Under the pieces are notes generated by a model that did no database searches, was not told the DNA's origin, and was given only the letters and a program-made list of their open reading frames with translations. DNA of 64,000 bases, taken from Felis catus. Taxonomy: Eukaryota. The first letter of the stretch is position 1; each line of letters starts with the position of its first letter. The position numbers and the translations under genes were made by a program. Shown piece by piece: positions 35,841 through 49,399 of the stretch. Location: NCBI RefSeq assembly GCF_018350175.1, contig NC_058383.1:15130001-15194000 (forward strand). The letters are read 5' to 3'.

Positions 35841-38349
35841 GCTGTTACCGGACCAAATATAGATATAATACAATGTAAATAGAAATCTCAACAAAGATAC
35901 TACAGTAATAACATATGTGAATCTGTCAATCGTCTGTATTATACCTTTTTATACTATGATAATGCTTATTTATGAGGTTTCTTATTGTATATAGGTCTTT
36001 AAAAAGTGATTTTAACAATAAAATTTAATGTTTTAAAATTTTTATTACTGCCACTTATTTTGCCTTCATATGCTTCCTTCATTCATCCATTCATAACAAA
36101 TATTCATTCATTGCCTACTATGTAGATTTTTCTTATAAAACACCAAATGTAATTATTTTAATAGCTACTTTAATACTATAATATATTTAGCAATATATGC
36201 TTTTATAATACAAAATTATAAAATACATCTGGAGCAAAATTTATTTTCTTGGATAAAAAATGTAAAAGGGCTCAAAATCCAGGGACACTCATGAGAGTGT
36301 GGTACATAGGTACACATTATGCAACATGTGTGTAGCATACTTAAGTGTGACCATCCTAGACGTGGGTCTGTCTCTATTTGCTCCGTGATGTGGGTCAGCA
36401 ATGGACAGATATCTGCAGGGGTAGATAAACTGAAAAGAACAGTATGAATAAAGAAAAGATGAGTAGGCACCACGCAAGGACCAAAACAGGAGGTTATAAA
36501 GGTTGGACACATGTGACAAAGATGGGGGAGAAGCTTCTTCTGGGTTTTGAGACCGGGAAAGAAAATACCTCTATTGGGGGACAAGAATGTAGAGATCAGT
36601 ATGAAGGGCAGTTGGAGCCTGAGTTCAAGGACAAGTACCTTGGAAGTTGCTGGTGGTTAAAGGGCTTAAGGATCCCTCCCTCTCTTCTCCAGGATTCCAG
36701 TTGATAAGAGAACACACACTGTGGTGGCCAAATGGATAATTATTCTCATTAATGGTCCAGACAGTACCTAGTGATCTCAAAGACCAGAGCTTTCTGTTAA
36801 ACTCTGTTGTACATGTGCCTTGGACAAGATTCCTGGTGGGTCTCCTCTTATACTTCCAGCTTCATGGAGAATCACAGGCCTGCCTCCCATACCCAGTTAC
36901 TTCTCAAAATTGGCTACTGTTATGACCCAGGTGCATTTACTCATGGGAGCTGGAAGCTGAGGATAGCTCATGGATTCTCTTGTACGCCCATGAGGCAGAT
37001 GGTTCAGATAGATGTGCTGGAATTTTTTTTTTCTTCTGAAGCACAGTGACTCAACTGCCAATGATTTGGATCAAGGACTGTTGGGTTCTGTGGGTATGTC
37101 AGCCACTCCCTGCCCAACGGAAGAACCAAGTAAGTGGTGGGAATGGATGTGGAGGTTACCACCCCAATACTCCTCCTTCAGGACACAGACCAGAGGGTGT
37201 CCCCTTTTTGGAAACGTGTAGAAAAAAAGAACAATCATCCTCCTTTTACCAAAAAGAATCATTATAACTTCTCTAGATTCAACTCAAGACACACCTATGG
37301 TCCCGGTCCTCCTGGGGCTCTGATTTCTGACACAATCTGATCTGTAAATATTCTTAGCAGACATAAGAAGGCAGAGTTTGGAGCTCTTTATTTTTGTTCA
37401 CATTTTCTTTATAAGATTTTTCTCACAGCTTAAGCTTGATGTCCTATGAAGTGTGAGGGATCAGACCGAGGACAGTGAATCTCGAGGAAGAGTCTCTCTC
37501 TATTAAAGTGGCTGAATCCCATCAAGCTGGCTCACCTGCCCAAACTGCAGAACTAGATGTTGCTTCTTGGCTGTTTGCCTCAAGGGAGCCTCTTGAAAAA
37601 GCCTTTATTTGATGTTCCTGAAAACTGGAAAGAACAAAAAGACAGCGGGGAGGGGATGGAGCAATAGAGTGTGCTCTAGGAGTCAATGAGAATGGGAGGA
37701 AAGACCTAATGGGGAGGTGCCCTGTCCAGGGGCAGATCCATGCTGCAGCACCAACCTGCAGCCCCCTGACTGGCTCCCTCATGGTATGGTCCTGCATTCC
37801 CTGCAGGGTCCCCACACGGACCCTTCCTCAGCGCCCCCATTCCAGGGCTGCTGGGATATGTACTCCTATGTCTTTGTTGTATACCTGAGGTAAAAAGGAG
37901 CTCACACACACCTGGGAACTCACACGCAGCCAGGCCTCCTGGCTACTAGCCAGGGCTCTCTGGACAGCCCAGTGGAGATCATCCCAGATACAGATAACTC
38001 TCTTCTGAGTCTTTACTTTTTTAGGCAAAGGATTGCAAGTAAAGCTTCAAGAGATTAGGGACTGAAGAAAGATTGAAAAAGAGATCATGACTTCTCCCTG
38101 CCAAATAGAGAAAGGCCTTCCATATTGGTAGAGTGTACTGGAGTTCTCCAGAAATGATTTTGTCTACAGTGTGAATTTTTGCATAGATCTAATACCCAAG
38201 AACCCCTGAGGGCTTGGGAATCTGGCAGGTAAGAGACCTCTAGAAAACACAGTATGACTGCAATTAGGCAAAGATAAAACAAAATAAAAACTGTGAAAAC
38301 AACAAAAAAACTGGCAGAAAATGGTACAAAATGTTAGGAGGGAAGGTTA

Positions 38350-38580
38350 CATAGTGCAATGACTCTGGAGTACATTGGACTTGGCTTTTAGTCTCAGCTC
38401 TGCCACTTTACCGGCTGTGCTTCCTTGGGCATGTTGCCTAACTTCTCTGAAACAATTTCTTTCTCTACATTAGGAAAGAATAGCACATATCTCAAAGAAT
38501 TATTGTGAAAATTACATTACATAATGTACGCTATTACGCAGCAGAATGCTTAGCACTTAAAATAATGCTCAAAAATTGGA
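38350..38580 (+). mobile_element. MIR
   Basis: 'ctcagctctgccactttaccggctgtgcttccttgggcatgttgcctaacttctctga'. Confidence 0.75.
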
Positions 38581-39994
38581 AACTATTGACTAGTGTGGTG
38601 AGACTATGGTGACTTTTTCTCTCTATTTTTTGTATCATCCACATTTTGTACAATGAATATATATTACATATGCTGAATCACAGCCTGGCAGGCTGACAAC
38701 AGTTCTTTCCATCCAAGCTCATTCAGTGAAACTCCTCACGAGGGTCTTCAGGTCTGCTGAGTGCAAACAATGCCTCCTTCTGCTAGAAGAGCCTCTGCTC
38801 TGTGCAAGGTTGGCTGTGATGGGGAGGGACTGGGATCATGAGCATCAGAGGAGAAGAAAGTAAGGCCACCACAGGCGACTGCATTGCTTTCTTCTTGCTA
38901 AGTGACCAGAGACCCTGAAAGAACACCAAGCATCATTTTTGTGCGAGGAGAACACATCAAGATGCCATTTCAGATGCCATATGTCACATTTCCTTCCTGC
39001 AAACATCACAAAATGGGTAGAATCTCCCTCTTAACTAAGATATGGGGCTAACCCTAGAGGCCAAACACTAAGCTTCAGCTGTCAAAGGCAGTTTCTCCAG
39101 TGCCCCATCACGCTCCCAGCCGCACCCTCTTGGCAGGCACCTAGGCTGGGCAGGAGGCACTGTAACCATAGATCTTCAAATTATGACTAGTACACAGCAG
39201 AGATAGCAAACAGGAAAGAGACAAGTAGAGATCTACCACCTTCTGTGTTAGCCTTCAACAGTGGAACTACATGTGTCCCCGAGAATATATGGGATTTAGA
39301 ACTGAGGATGACCTTTATTCCCATATGAAGTTCAATTTACTGACATACCCAAGGTCAGAGAGGATTCAGGGAGTGATTGTGGTCAACTCAACCAACAGAG
39401 CCAGAACTAGAAGTCAAGCTTCCTAATTCCCAGGTGGTAATGCTTCCTCTAAAGATGGATTTTGCCTTTCCCACAACTGTTTAGATTATTGGCTCCAGAG
39501 AGTATCACCTTCTCAGAGGTGCTTACTGCTGGAGCTGCCTACGAATTGGGAGAGGTCCCCTCTTGGATGCACATTGAGTGAGAATTGGAAGCAAAGCCTG
39601 GCCACCTGTGTTGTCCTGGAATTGCTATTTCTCATGGCCACAGACTCCTTTAGACCTCTAGTTAAAGACAGCAGGGTGAGGGCACCGTGCCAGCCTCCAG
39701 GTTGGCCCCCATGGCTCCAGCAGTGGGACAGGTGATCAGAATGAGAACTCTGACTTTCATCCAGCTGCTCATTATCTGTGAACAAATGAACCCTTCACAG
39801 TACCACAGCAATGATCAGAAAACAGACTGGCTGCCAAGAATCAGAAGAGTCATGTTTTTACATGGATCCCTGCTGGTATATGCTATCCAGGATATAAGGG
39901 TAATGGCATGTTCCGTCCTTGGAAAGTCATCATCTCCCTCACAGATGACTTACACTTTCAGGCACTAAACCAGGGGGATAACAAGATTTTAGTT

Positions 39995-40355
39995 GAACAT
40001 TATTTACTCTTTATTACAGCTCTGAGATATACTTCATACGCCATACAATTCACCCATTTAAAGCATGTAACTCAATGCCATTTAATATATTCACAGAGCT
40101 TTTCAACCATCATCTCAACCCAATTTTGGGTATTTTTTATCATCCCTCCAAAAAGACTCCTCATCCCTGAGGTGTAATCCCCCACTGCGTCCTGTCTCTC
40201 CCAGCCCCAGGCAACCACTAATCTATTTTCTGTCTCTATAGTTTTGCCTACTTTGGACATTTCATAGAAATGGAATCTTATAATATGTGATCCATTGCGA
40301 TTGGCCTCTTGCACTTAGCAATCATGTTTTCAAAGTTCATCCATGCTGTCAATGC
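39995..40355 (-). mobile_element. L1MB/MC-like 3'UTR fragment
   Basis: 'ccatacaattcacccatttaaag...ggcaaccactaatctattttctgtctctatag'. Confidence 0.8.
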
Positions 40356-40357
40356 AT

Positions 40358-40495
40358 TCTTTTATTTGTGTGTTTGTTTCTTTGTTTGTTTTAAGTAGGT
40401 TTCACACCCAGCACGGAATCCAATGTAGGGCTTGAACTCACAACCCTGAGATCAAGAGTCAGATGCTTAACCAACTGAGCCACCCAGGCGCCCCC
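40358..40495 (-). mobile_element. Short/older Can-SINE
   Basis: 'gggcttgaactcacaaccctgagatcaagagtcagatgcttaaccaactgagccacccaggcgcccc'. Confidence 0.9.
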
Positions 40496-40877
40496 CAGTT
40501 AACTCTCCTTTTATATAGTTCTCACATCATCTTTTCCAGATCTTACGGTGCCTTGTGGGCTGTCCCCAAACATTTTGGTTACTGTCGAAATTAAAATGGA
40601 AATAAATTCTATTTGTCTAAGCTTTTAGTGAGCTAATGTGGACGGCATTGTATTATTACCAAGCTGAGGTAAATCAATTTGTATGTCTCTGTCAACAACC
40701 ACTAGAAACATTGAGTTCAGAAATGTTGAGCTGTGTTTTGTGGTTGTAATTTTCTGGTCATATATAAATCTATGGCTTATTGCAAGAAACAATTATCCCC
40801 AAGATAACAGAGCCATGAAACTTGAGAAAATTCCCTATTTCAACAGATGAATTTTCATGCATCTCAGGGATGCACTA

Positions 40878-40895
40878 CACTGCCCTCTGCTGAGG
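40878..40895 (-). promoter_or_regulatory. CTCF-like motif
   Basis: Minus strand CCTCAGCAGAGGGCAGTG compared with core CCASYAGRKGGCRS. Confidence 0.4.
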
Positions 40896-41253
40896 CGTAT
40901 GCCAGGAAGACTAAAAATCAGAAGAATGTGAAGAGATACCAGAGGGCCAGAGAAAATGTTTCTGACAAACTCACCTTTATTTGTTCATTATTCCAATAGC
41001 ATTTAAAGGTCACCTACACCGTGTCAGGCACTGTGCTGGTAGGAATATAAACACAGAGCAATGATTCTTGTCCTTCAAGAACTCCTTGTTAGAGGACAAG
41101 TTCTTTCACTCACATGCTGGGAGTGACTGCTCAACACAACCTCCCCAACTTCAGATTCGCTGGGCCTGAACACTGTTCAGAACTCTTGTCTCTGGTGCCA
41201 TGTCAAAGGCAACCCAAAGACAGGTGCCAAAATGTAAAAATAGCATAGACTAT

Positions 41254-41939
41254 TCTCTGTATTTAAGAGTCTGTTTTTCTTTTTGTTTGGTTTTTTTTCT
41301 TTGTTTTGTGTTTTAAATTCCACATAGGAGTGAAGTCACATGGTCTTTTTCTTTCTCTGACTTATTTCACTTAGCATTATACCCTCTAGGCCCATCCGTG
41401 TTGTTGCAAATGACAAGATCTCATTCTTTTCTGTGGCTGAGTAATATTCTGCTGTATACACCCCACATCTTCTTCATCCATTGATCTGTGGATGGACACT
41501 TGGGTTTGTTCTGTATTCTGACTATTGTAAATAATGCTGCAAGAAATGTAGGGGTGCATATATCTTTTTGAATTAGTATTTTAATTTTCTTTGGGTAAAT
41601 ACCCAGTAATGGAATTATTAGATCATATGGTTATTTTATTTTGTTTATTTTGTTTTATTTTATTTTTTTAGGAAACTCCATACTGTTTTCCACAATGGCT
41701 ATCTTAAATGCAGAGACCAACCTGAGAAAAGGTGGGTGGAGGCATGAGTGAAATACATAAGGAGATTAAAAGCACACTTACTGAGATGAGTAAAATATAG
41801 AATTGCTGACTCATTCATTATATTGCACACCTGAAACAAACATAACACTGTATATTAATTATACTTCAATTAAAAATAAATTAAACAAATAAGTCAATAA
41901 ATGATTTTTAAAAGTTAAAAATAAAGTAAAAAAAAAAAA
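41254..41939 (+). mobile_element. 5'-inverted (twin-primed) carnivore L1
   Basis: About 41254-41700 is reverse L1 and about 41701-41939 is forward 3' end plus poly-A. Degenerate TSD CATAGA(C/T)T(A/G)TT at about 41244 and 41940. Confidence 0.85.
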
Positions 41940-42002
41940 CATAGATTGTTATAGCTAAAGAAAACTGGAATGAGATTCTACAGTCCCAAATGTCAAAGAT
42001 TA

Positions 42003-42491
42003 TGTGTCACAAAATACCCTAAAACCAAGTGGTTCAAAATAATAATAGTAATTATTATCTTTCATCCCACTTTCCATGGGTAAAAAATTCAGGAGTGGCT
42101 CAGTTGGATGTTTCTGGATCACGGTCTCTTGTGGGGTTATAGTCAGATGTCTGCTGGGGCTAGAATCATCTGAAGGTTTGATGGGGGCTGGACCATCTGC
42201 TACCCAGGTGGCCCACCCAAATAGCAAACTCAGGCTGGCCAGATTGTTTCCCTCCACAAGGGTCCCCCACAAGACTGAGAGTCCTTACCACATGACCGCT
42301 GACTTCTCCCAGAATGAATAATGCAAGAGACCAGCTGTCAACTGCAATGCCTTCTATGACCTGGTCTTAGCTGTCACCTACCATGACTTCCACAAAGCCT
42401 GCCCCAGTTAAACGTGGGAAGGACCTACACAAGGACATAAATACCAGGAGGCAGGAATCATTGAGGGCCATCTTGGAGACTGGCTACCACA
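42003..42491 (-). mobile_element. MLT1F-like MaLR solo LTR
   Basis: The minus strand begins TGTGGTAGCCAGTCTCCAAGATGGCCC; typical MLT1 body. Confidence 0.85.
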
Positions 42492-43942
42492 TTACTCTTC
42501 AGTTTTTCTTCCATTTACCACCTTAAAGATCAAAGTCCAAATTCTTCTTTGTTATTTGAATCACCTCTTTAAACCTCTGCCATATGTTTATCCAACCTCT
42601 GCCTCAATCCTTTGTGGGCAGGAGTTCAAGGTCCTCCAATTCTGACTGCTCTCTTAGCAAATGGTACTCATCCTCTGATAGCTCCTTTTCAGAGAGAGTC
42701 ACTTCCTCTTCCATGCCTGACCTGCAAATACTTAAAAATACCAATCATGTTCCTCCAGTAAACATTGATCAGGACCTATTCTGCGCCGTCCCCATGGTGT
42801 TAGCTGCTGGGAATACCGCAATGAATAAGATACACTCTTTGCACCAAAGAGCTCATTGTTTAGCTTCCTTGGTCTATTCCAGCAAGCACATGCCACACCC
42901 CACAAGCAAAGGGTCCCTGGTCTTTTCTATATGCGGTCTCAGAGAACTCTCTTCTCTTTTAGCCAAAGCTTTTCTGGTAGAGATAATAAAAAAGAGAAAA
43001 CCAAACGCAAATTGCTCCAAGAAACCAGATATAGGTGAACAAGAATTGGGATGGTAAAGTCACTCTGCATCTGAAACAAATCTTTATTGCTCTTAAAATA
43101 TAATTTAAGAGACCCGAAGCTGATATGTAAAATCAACAGATTTCTGGCATCTTTCCTCAACTCTTATTATAATTCAAGTTTCTCAATAGATTGTTTTCGA
43201 TTTTCATATCATCTGCAAATAATTCAAGTTTTGTTGTCCTTTCCAGTTCACATACCTTTTCTTTCTTCTTGTTTTGTTGCACTTGTTAAGACCTCCAGTA
43301 TGTGGAATAGAAGTAATGATCATAGACATCACTACTTTATTTCTCAATCCTTTTTTCTTCCAGCTCTAATAATGGCAGGGTACCTAGTATCAGACAAAAC
43401 CCACGTGCTCATAACAATTGTTATTTATGAACAAAATACTGACAACTGTATAATATCCATAGACAGAAACCAAAAGCATGCAAAAATTAGGGGGATACAA
43501 GATTGGGTGAATGGAAATAAACTCTATGAGATTCTCATTTGACCAGGTTTTCTCCTGAAGGCACACCCCAATCAGCCTAAAGCATAGGAATTGGAATTCA
43601 AGCAAAAAAGCAACAGTCTTACTAGGCTGAAGAGTCAGAGTTGGAAGTTTGGAGCTGCCCTAGAAGTTTGCAATTGAGAGGGGTGGGGAAAATATGGGAA
43701 ACGAGAGGGCCATAAGATCTATATATAAATACCCCCTCAAGTCCTTGATGACTTTGAAAATGCATATGCAACAGGGGAAAACTCCAATGAGCACAGAGGA
43801 AAAGAATAGCTGGAAGGTGGAAGATGCTGAACAGGAATATTAGTAGAAAGACAGACTTTAGTGTTCAAGACTCCCCCCAAATTAGACGGGTGTGGTGAAC
43901 ACTTTAGGCTTTTCAACAAAACTTTAAAAGGGTCATGACCTT

Positions 43943-44154
43943 GGGGCGCCTGGGTGGCTCAGTCCATTGAGCATCCAACTTTGGCTTAGGTCATGATCTC
44001 GCGGTCTGTGAGTTCAAGCCCCACATCGGGTTCTGTGCTGACAGCTCAGAGCCTGGAGCCTGCTTCGGATTCTGTGTCTCCCTCTCTCTCTGCCCCTCCC
44101 CCACTCATGCTCTGTCTCTCTCCCTCTCTGTCAAAGATAAACATTAAAAAAAAA
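43943..44154 (+). mobile_element. Can-SINE
   Basis: Typical body. TSD AAAGGGTCATG at about 43928 and 44162. Confidence 0.96.
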
Positions 44155-44377
44155 TGTTTTTAAAGGGTCATGCCATAGAATCAAGAAGCACATCCCAGAC
44201 TTAAGGGTTAGACCTTAGGGCTAAGGGTAAAATTAAAATGAACCCACTCTAACAAAGCTTAAAGCCAAGCTTTTATCCTGGTGATCTTCCAGCAGATCTG
44301 CTAGACCTCCTTGAACAAAATTCAACACTCTTCAGAAAAACATAACAGAACCCAGGTTCCTACAATGTGTCATTATA

Positions 44378-44858
44378 CAGGCATACCTCACAGATATTGC
44401 AGGTTTGGTTCCAGACCATTGCAATAAAGCTAATATGATAAAACTAGTATCACTATAAAGTGAATCAAGTGAATTTTGTGGCTTCCCAGTACATATAAAA
44501 GTTATGTTTACACTACACGATAGTCTATTAAGTATGCAAAAGCATTATGTCTAAAAAAATGTGTGTGGCTTAATTTAAAAATACTTTATTGGTAAAAATG
44601 CTAATCATCATCTGAGCTTTCAGCAAGTCATGATCGCTGATCACAAATCACCACAACAAACATGATAATAATGAAAAATCTTGGAATATTGTGAGAATTA
44701 CCAGAATGTGACACAGAGACACAAAGTGAGAAAATGATGTTGGAGAAAGGGCGCCAGTGAACTAGTAAGATGTAGGGTTGCCACAATCTTCATTTTGTAA
44801 AAAATGCAGCATCTGCCAAATGCGATAAAACAAAGCTCAATAAAACAAAGGATGCCTG
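44378..44858. mobile_element. Tigger1-derived non-autonomous TcMar element (Tigger1a_Car-like)
   Basis: Termini CAGGCATACCTC... and ...GGATGCCTG. TA duplication at 44376-44377 and 44859-44860. Length 481 bp. Confidence 0.9.
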
Positions 44859-45474
44859 TACAATAAAAAAATATTATGCCTGTGAAGAAATAAGAAAATA
44901 TGATGACCAGTCAAGAGAAAAAAAAGGCAGTCAATAAAAAAGAGCCACATTAGGATTCAGGAGGAAATGACTTTAAAATAAGTGATAAATATGTTAAAAG
45001 GTTTTACCAGAAAAAATGGATATAAGAGATGAAGAATCTCAGAAGAGATATGAAAAATCTAAAAATGTACCAAATAAAAACCTTAGAACTGAAAGATACA
45101 ATACATGAAATTTTAAAAATTTCATAGCAGATGATTAACAGAATAGTGGATGGGGGGAAAAGAATAAAAATTACTGATTTAAAGACAAATAACTAGAAAT
45201 TACCCAAAAATGAATCAGAGAGAGTATTTTAAAAAAGAGAGGTAAATAGAATCTCAATAATACCAAATACAGTGACAATATCAAACAACTTAATATATGT
45301 GTAATTGGAGTCTCAGAAGAAGGTAACAGAAGAAGGAATAAAAAAATATTTGAAAGAAATAGTAGCCAAAATTTTTCCAAATTTAACTGTAACATCAAAC
45401 ATTATATATAAGAAGCTTAACAAGTCTCCAAAAGAATCAATGCCAAAAACAAACAAAAACAACCTACACCTATA

Positions 45475-45620
45475 GGGTGCCTGGGTAGCTCAATTAAGCA
45501 TCCAACTCTTGATCTCAGCTCAGGTCTTTATCTCAGGGTGGTGAGTTCAAGTCCCACATTGGGCTCTATCCTGGGCATGAAGCTTATTTAACTTAAAAAA
45601 TAAATTAATTAATTAAAAAA
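45475..45620 (+). mobile_element. Older Can-SINE
   Basis: 'gggtgcctgggtagctca...gagttcaagtcccacattgggctc'. Confidence 0.85.
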
Positions 45621-45744
45621 TTTTAATGCCTAAAGTAAACATGAAAACCTGTCAGTGTATATTAATTCTGGGTTGTGGGCATTGGTGTTGTTATTTCTTC
45701 TTTGTGCATTTCTATATTTAAAAACTTTCTGTTAAAAATCTCCA

Positions 45745-45862
45745 GGGGCACCTGGCTGTTCAGTTGGAGGAGGATGTGACTCTTGATCTTGGGATTGTTG
45801 AGTTCAAGCCCCACATTGGATGTAGAGATCTCTAAAAATGAATAAATGAATAAACTTCTTTT
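45745..45862 (+). mobile_element. Older short Can-SINE
   Basis: 'ggggcacctggctgttcagttgg...gagttcaagccccacattggatgtagagat'. Confidence 0.85.
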
Positions 45863-48800
45863 AAAATTTCCAGTTATTTCCATTTCAGAGTCACCATGTA
45901 TAACTTAATTTGTCTTAAACCATTTTTCCAAAGTAACAATTTATATGAATAATTTATAAGAATGTTTATATGAAAACATTCAAAAGAATGACACCTAAAT
46001 TAGCATTTCTTTTATTTACCATAATGAGGAATTAGTTAAAAATAATTTTTTGCATTTGCAATGAGAACAAAATTCATTCACAAATTCTCAGGACTTCTGT
46101 CTTCTTTTTTACTTGCTGAAGACAATTTTGTTCTTCCTCTCTGCCCATACCTCACAAAAAGAGCTTTGGTGGTGTAAAATTGGGAGAATGGGTAGAAAGC
46201 AGAACTAACTGGGGAGTAAAATGCTCAGAGATAAGTCAGGGTAGAGTAATGAATTCAGGGTTTCAAGAATGGGTGACTTTGGAGGAGCCAGAGGTGTTAA
46301 GGACTTGCAGCAGAGAGAGAAAGGGACAATTTAGGAACTGTGGCCATGGTTTACAAGAGGATCCATTATCATACTTTTTAAATGATGTTAGTAAACATTG
46401 AAATTACTTTTTAATTGCTGACTGCTGTTCCTTTGTCAGTACTCAGGGCCTCAAGATTTGAGTTACATGCTTATAAATTACTGAAATTTATATCACTGTT
46501 GTTTCCTTAAGAAACCCTGAGAGTGGGGAGGCCATGATATTACATTCTTATTGCTGAGTTGCTTGGTGAGGGGGTGGGGGAGAATTATTTCATTTAAATA
46601 CAGTGATGGTAGAAGGGATGGGTTTTAGAATCTTCAGAATACTTTAGACTCGACGTCTAAAAATGTAAGGTATAATTACTTAAACATCCAAGCTCTTTGA
46701 CGTATCTTTCACACTGTGACATCTTCTCTGCCTACTAAATAGATATGTGTATACATATACATATATATTATATTTAATATATGTTATATACAATTGTAAT
46801 CCATACACTTTACCATGTCTATGTTAACTACTATTATATACATTCAAAAATTTAAGATAAATCCCCCCATTGCTGATTCTTGCTCTACACAGTAAACACT
46901 TTCACCATTTTGTGGCTGTGTATGTACATGTGCTTACTTTCACATTATAAGACTTGCATTTTTCGATTTTAGATACCAACTATAGACTTCCTAATATGGG
47001 AGACGAGGATTTAATGTTCTTACAAACCTTCCCTCATCCTCTTAATATAGTTACACTTTTTGGTTAAATCAATATTCAGCGCCAAATTAAATATTATTTG
47101 TGGCTAAGTGGTGTACTGTGAAAACAATTTCTCTCTTATACAACTTTTTCTCTAGAGTTAATAATGATTATCTCATTATTTCATTTGTTTGTTTTCTGTA
47201 TCTGTCAATCATTGCATATAATGGTATAACCCTGGCTATGAGATATTCTAGGTGGCAAATGGGGGGCAGGGACTGAGACACCAGCACCATTCAGTGCATT
47301 AACCCCCTGTTTTCATTGCAACACGCTGGCCCAGTGTCCCTGAGCCCAGATTCCATTTAGATCAAGCTCTCCAAAGAACTGCAATGTTCTGTGAAGGTGA
47401 GCAGTCACCAAAGTTGTAGGGTTTGGAAGGGAATATGGAGATTCGAATTCTTCTTGTAGACTTTCCACCTCCTCCTATTTTGAACCCAAGTTATCTCTCA
47501 CTTTCAGAGGCACCCGTGGCCTTCTGGAGTTCAGACAGGCAACTCCAGGTTGCCTTTAGCCTTTCCCCTCTGCAAGCTTGAGTTTCATTTTTCCCCCAAT
47601 TTTCCTGTACATTCATTCTTCTTTTCAGATTCCCAAATTTGTTTCTATAGTGACTTTTCCTGAAAACTGACTCATCTAGTAACCTTCTCTGACTCTGTTT
47701 CCCAATCTGTCAAATGAAAGTCATGTTCTCCTTTACAGCATCTGGATGCAAATCCTGCCACGTCCTTGCTTCACACACACATCATCACACATTCACCCTT
47801 TGCCGTGAGAATCTCTGAGAGCTTATGGCCAAAGCTGGGGATGTGCTGGAAATGCTAGTGCTTGACCTGGGCTGACAGTTGAGACATTGGTTTATTGGTG
47901 ACCGACAGAGAATTTCATAGAAAAAAAAAATTTTTTCATATTTTTTATTACTGCCCCTTTTTCCAAGAGTCCTAGAAACAAATCCAGTCACCCACAAAGG
48001 GGATGAAGGAGGAAGAGAGATAAGCAAAGGAGAGAAAGGAGAAATGAGGGAGGGATACAAAGGGCAAGCTGCCTATTTTTCTGCTACATCCTTACTCTCC
48101 GTTAGGGTGTCCTTGTCCCTTGTACATGTGACCATGCCCCAAGTAGGTAGACCCCACATCAAGGTGAACTCCCTGGGTGTTTCTTTCCTGGTTCAGGCTA
48201 AAACTCCACAACACAAAGGTAAATATTATGACAGCAAACTAATCACTCTCCTTGACTTGGTGGGACATAAATTTCATGTGTCTTTGATTCTTCTTACCCC
48301 TCCCTGATGAGTCTATTTTCATGATGATATCATTTCACAAGCTCAGTTTGCTGATGGATTGTGAAACTTCCAAGACTAACCACAGTGAGTTCTTTGAAGT
48401 AGATCAAACTAAAGCTTTTGTAAAAATGGATGCATCTAGGCTCCTTTTCTCAAGGTTTGGCAACATAATTTACTTCCATAATACAGGTCTTCACTTGGTA
48501 GTTTGAATTGCTTTGCCTCTGTTTGTAAATAAATTTCCTGCTCCCTTTGGGAACAGCTCATGCCAATCTCTTATCCCACTACTCTTTCCACATATACGTG
48601 GAGTGTGGAGGAGTTGACCTCATGGCTCTCAGGCATGGAAAAAGAGCGGGTGGTGAGATTAGTCACCCCAGGCCACCCCAATATGGAAATTCAAGTAAAA
48701 AGTTCACACAAGATACCTTGAAGAAGAAAATGGGTTATAAAGGGGTAGCAGTTGGGAGCTGAGAATAGAGAGGAGGGAAATAACTTTGGTCTTTGGGGGC

Positions 48801-49399
48801 ATTAAATAAAAGTCAGCCTTGTTTATCACCAGTTGCCAGTCTCTGTTGGATGGCTTAGTGGAGAGATTTTAGAGGGTCTGGGCTTCGGGATGAAAATCCA
48901 CTCAAATAGCCATGCTGGGGCTCACTCCCTTCCTAGCACGCCTTCTAGGGGTCCCCTGGGAGCCATATGTGCTTAGGCAAACCTGGAGAAATAGAAAGGG
49001 GCTGGCATGAAGTTAACCTCACTTCTGTCAAGCTCCTCCAGAATGTGTTCAACATTTTTCAGGCTACCATTATACCCAGCCTCTGAGATACTCCTCCACT
49101 GTCCTCCCATGACCATACCCAGATTCCTCAGCACAACACTGTCCCAGTGTCTCAGAACTACATTCCAAAATATTCCATCTTTCCCAGATCCAGGGGATCT
49201 GATGCCAGGAAATGATAAAAATGCTTTTAAACCATTACTCAGGATCACTATGAATTTTTCCCAGAAAAATAAGCTTACAACTAATTGATGGAAGTTGCGT
49301 GAGACTCTAAAAAACACAGCATGAACCAATCAAAATCTTTCACTAATTAAACAAAAGACAAAACCCCCAAGTCATCAAGATTGAACTATTCCTTGGTTA

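Larger units (their letters stand above)
43500..45470 (+). mobile_element. Old L1 5'UTR/ORF1 region, interrupted by a SINE and a Tigger element
   Basis: ORF1-like 'atatgtgtaattggagtctcagaagaagg...atatttgaaagaaatagtagccaaaatttttccaaatt'. Confidence 0.65.
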
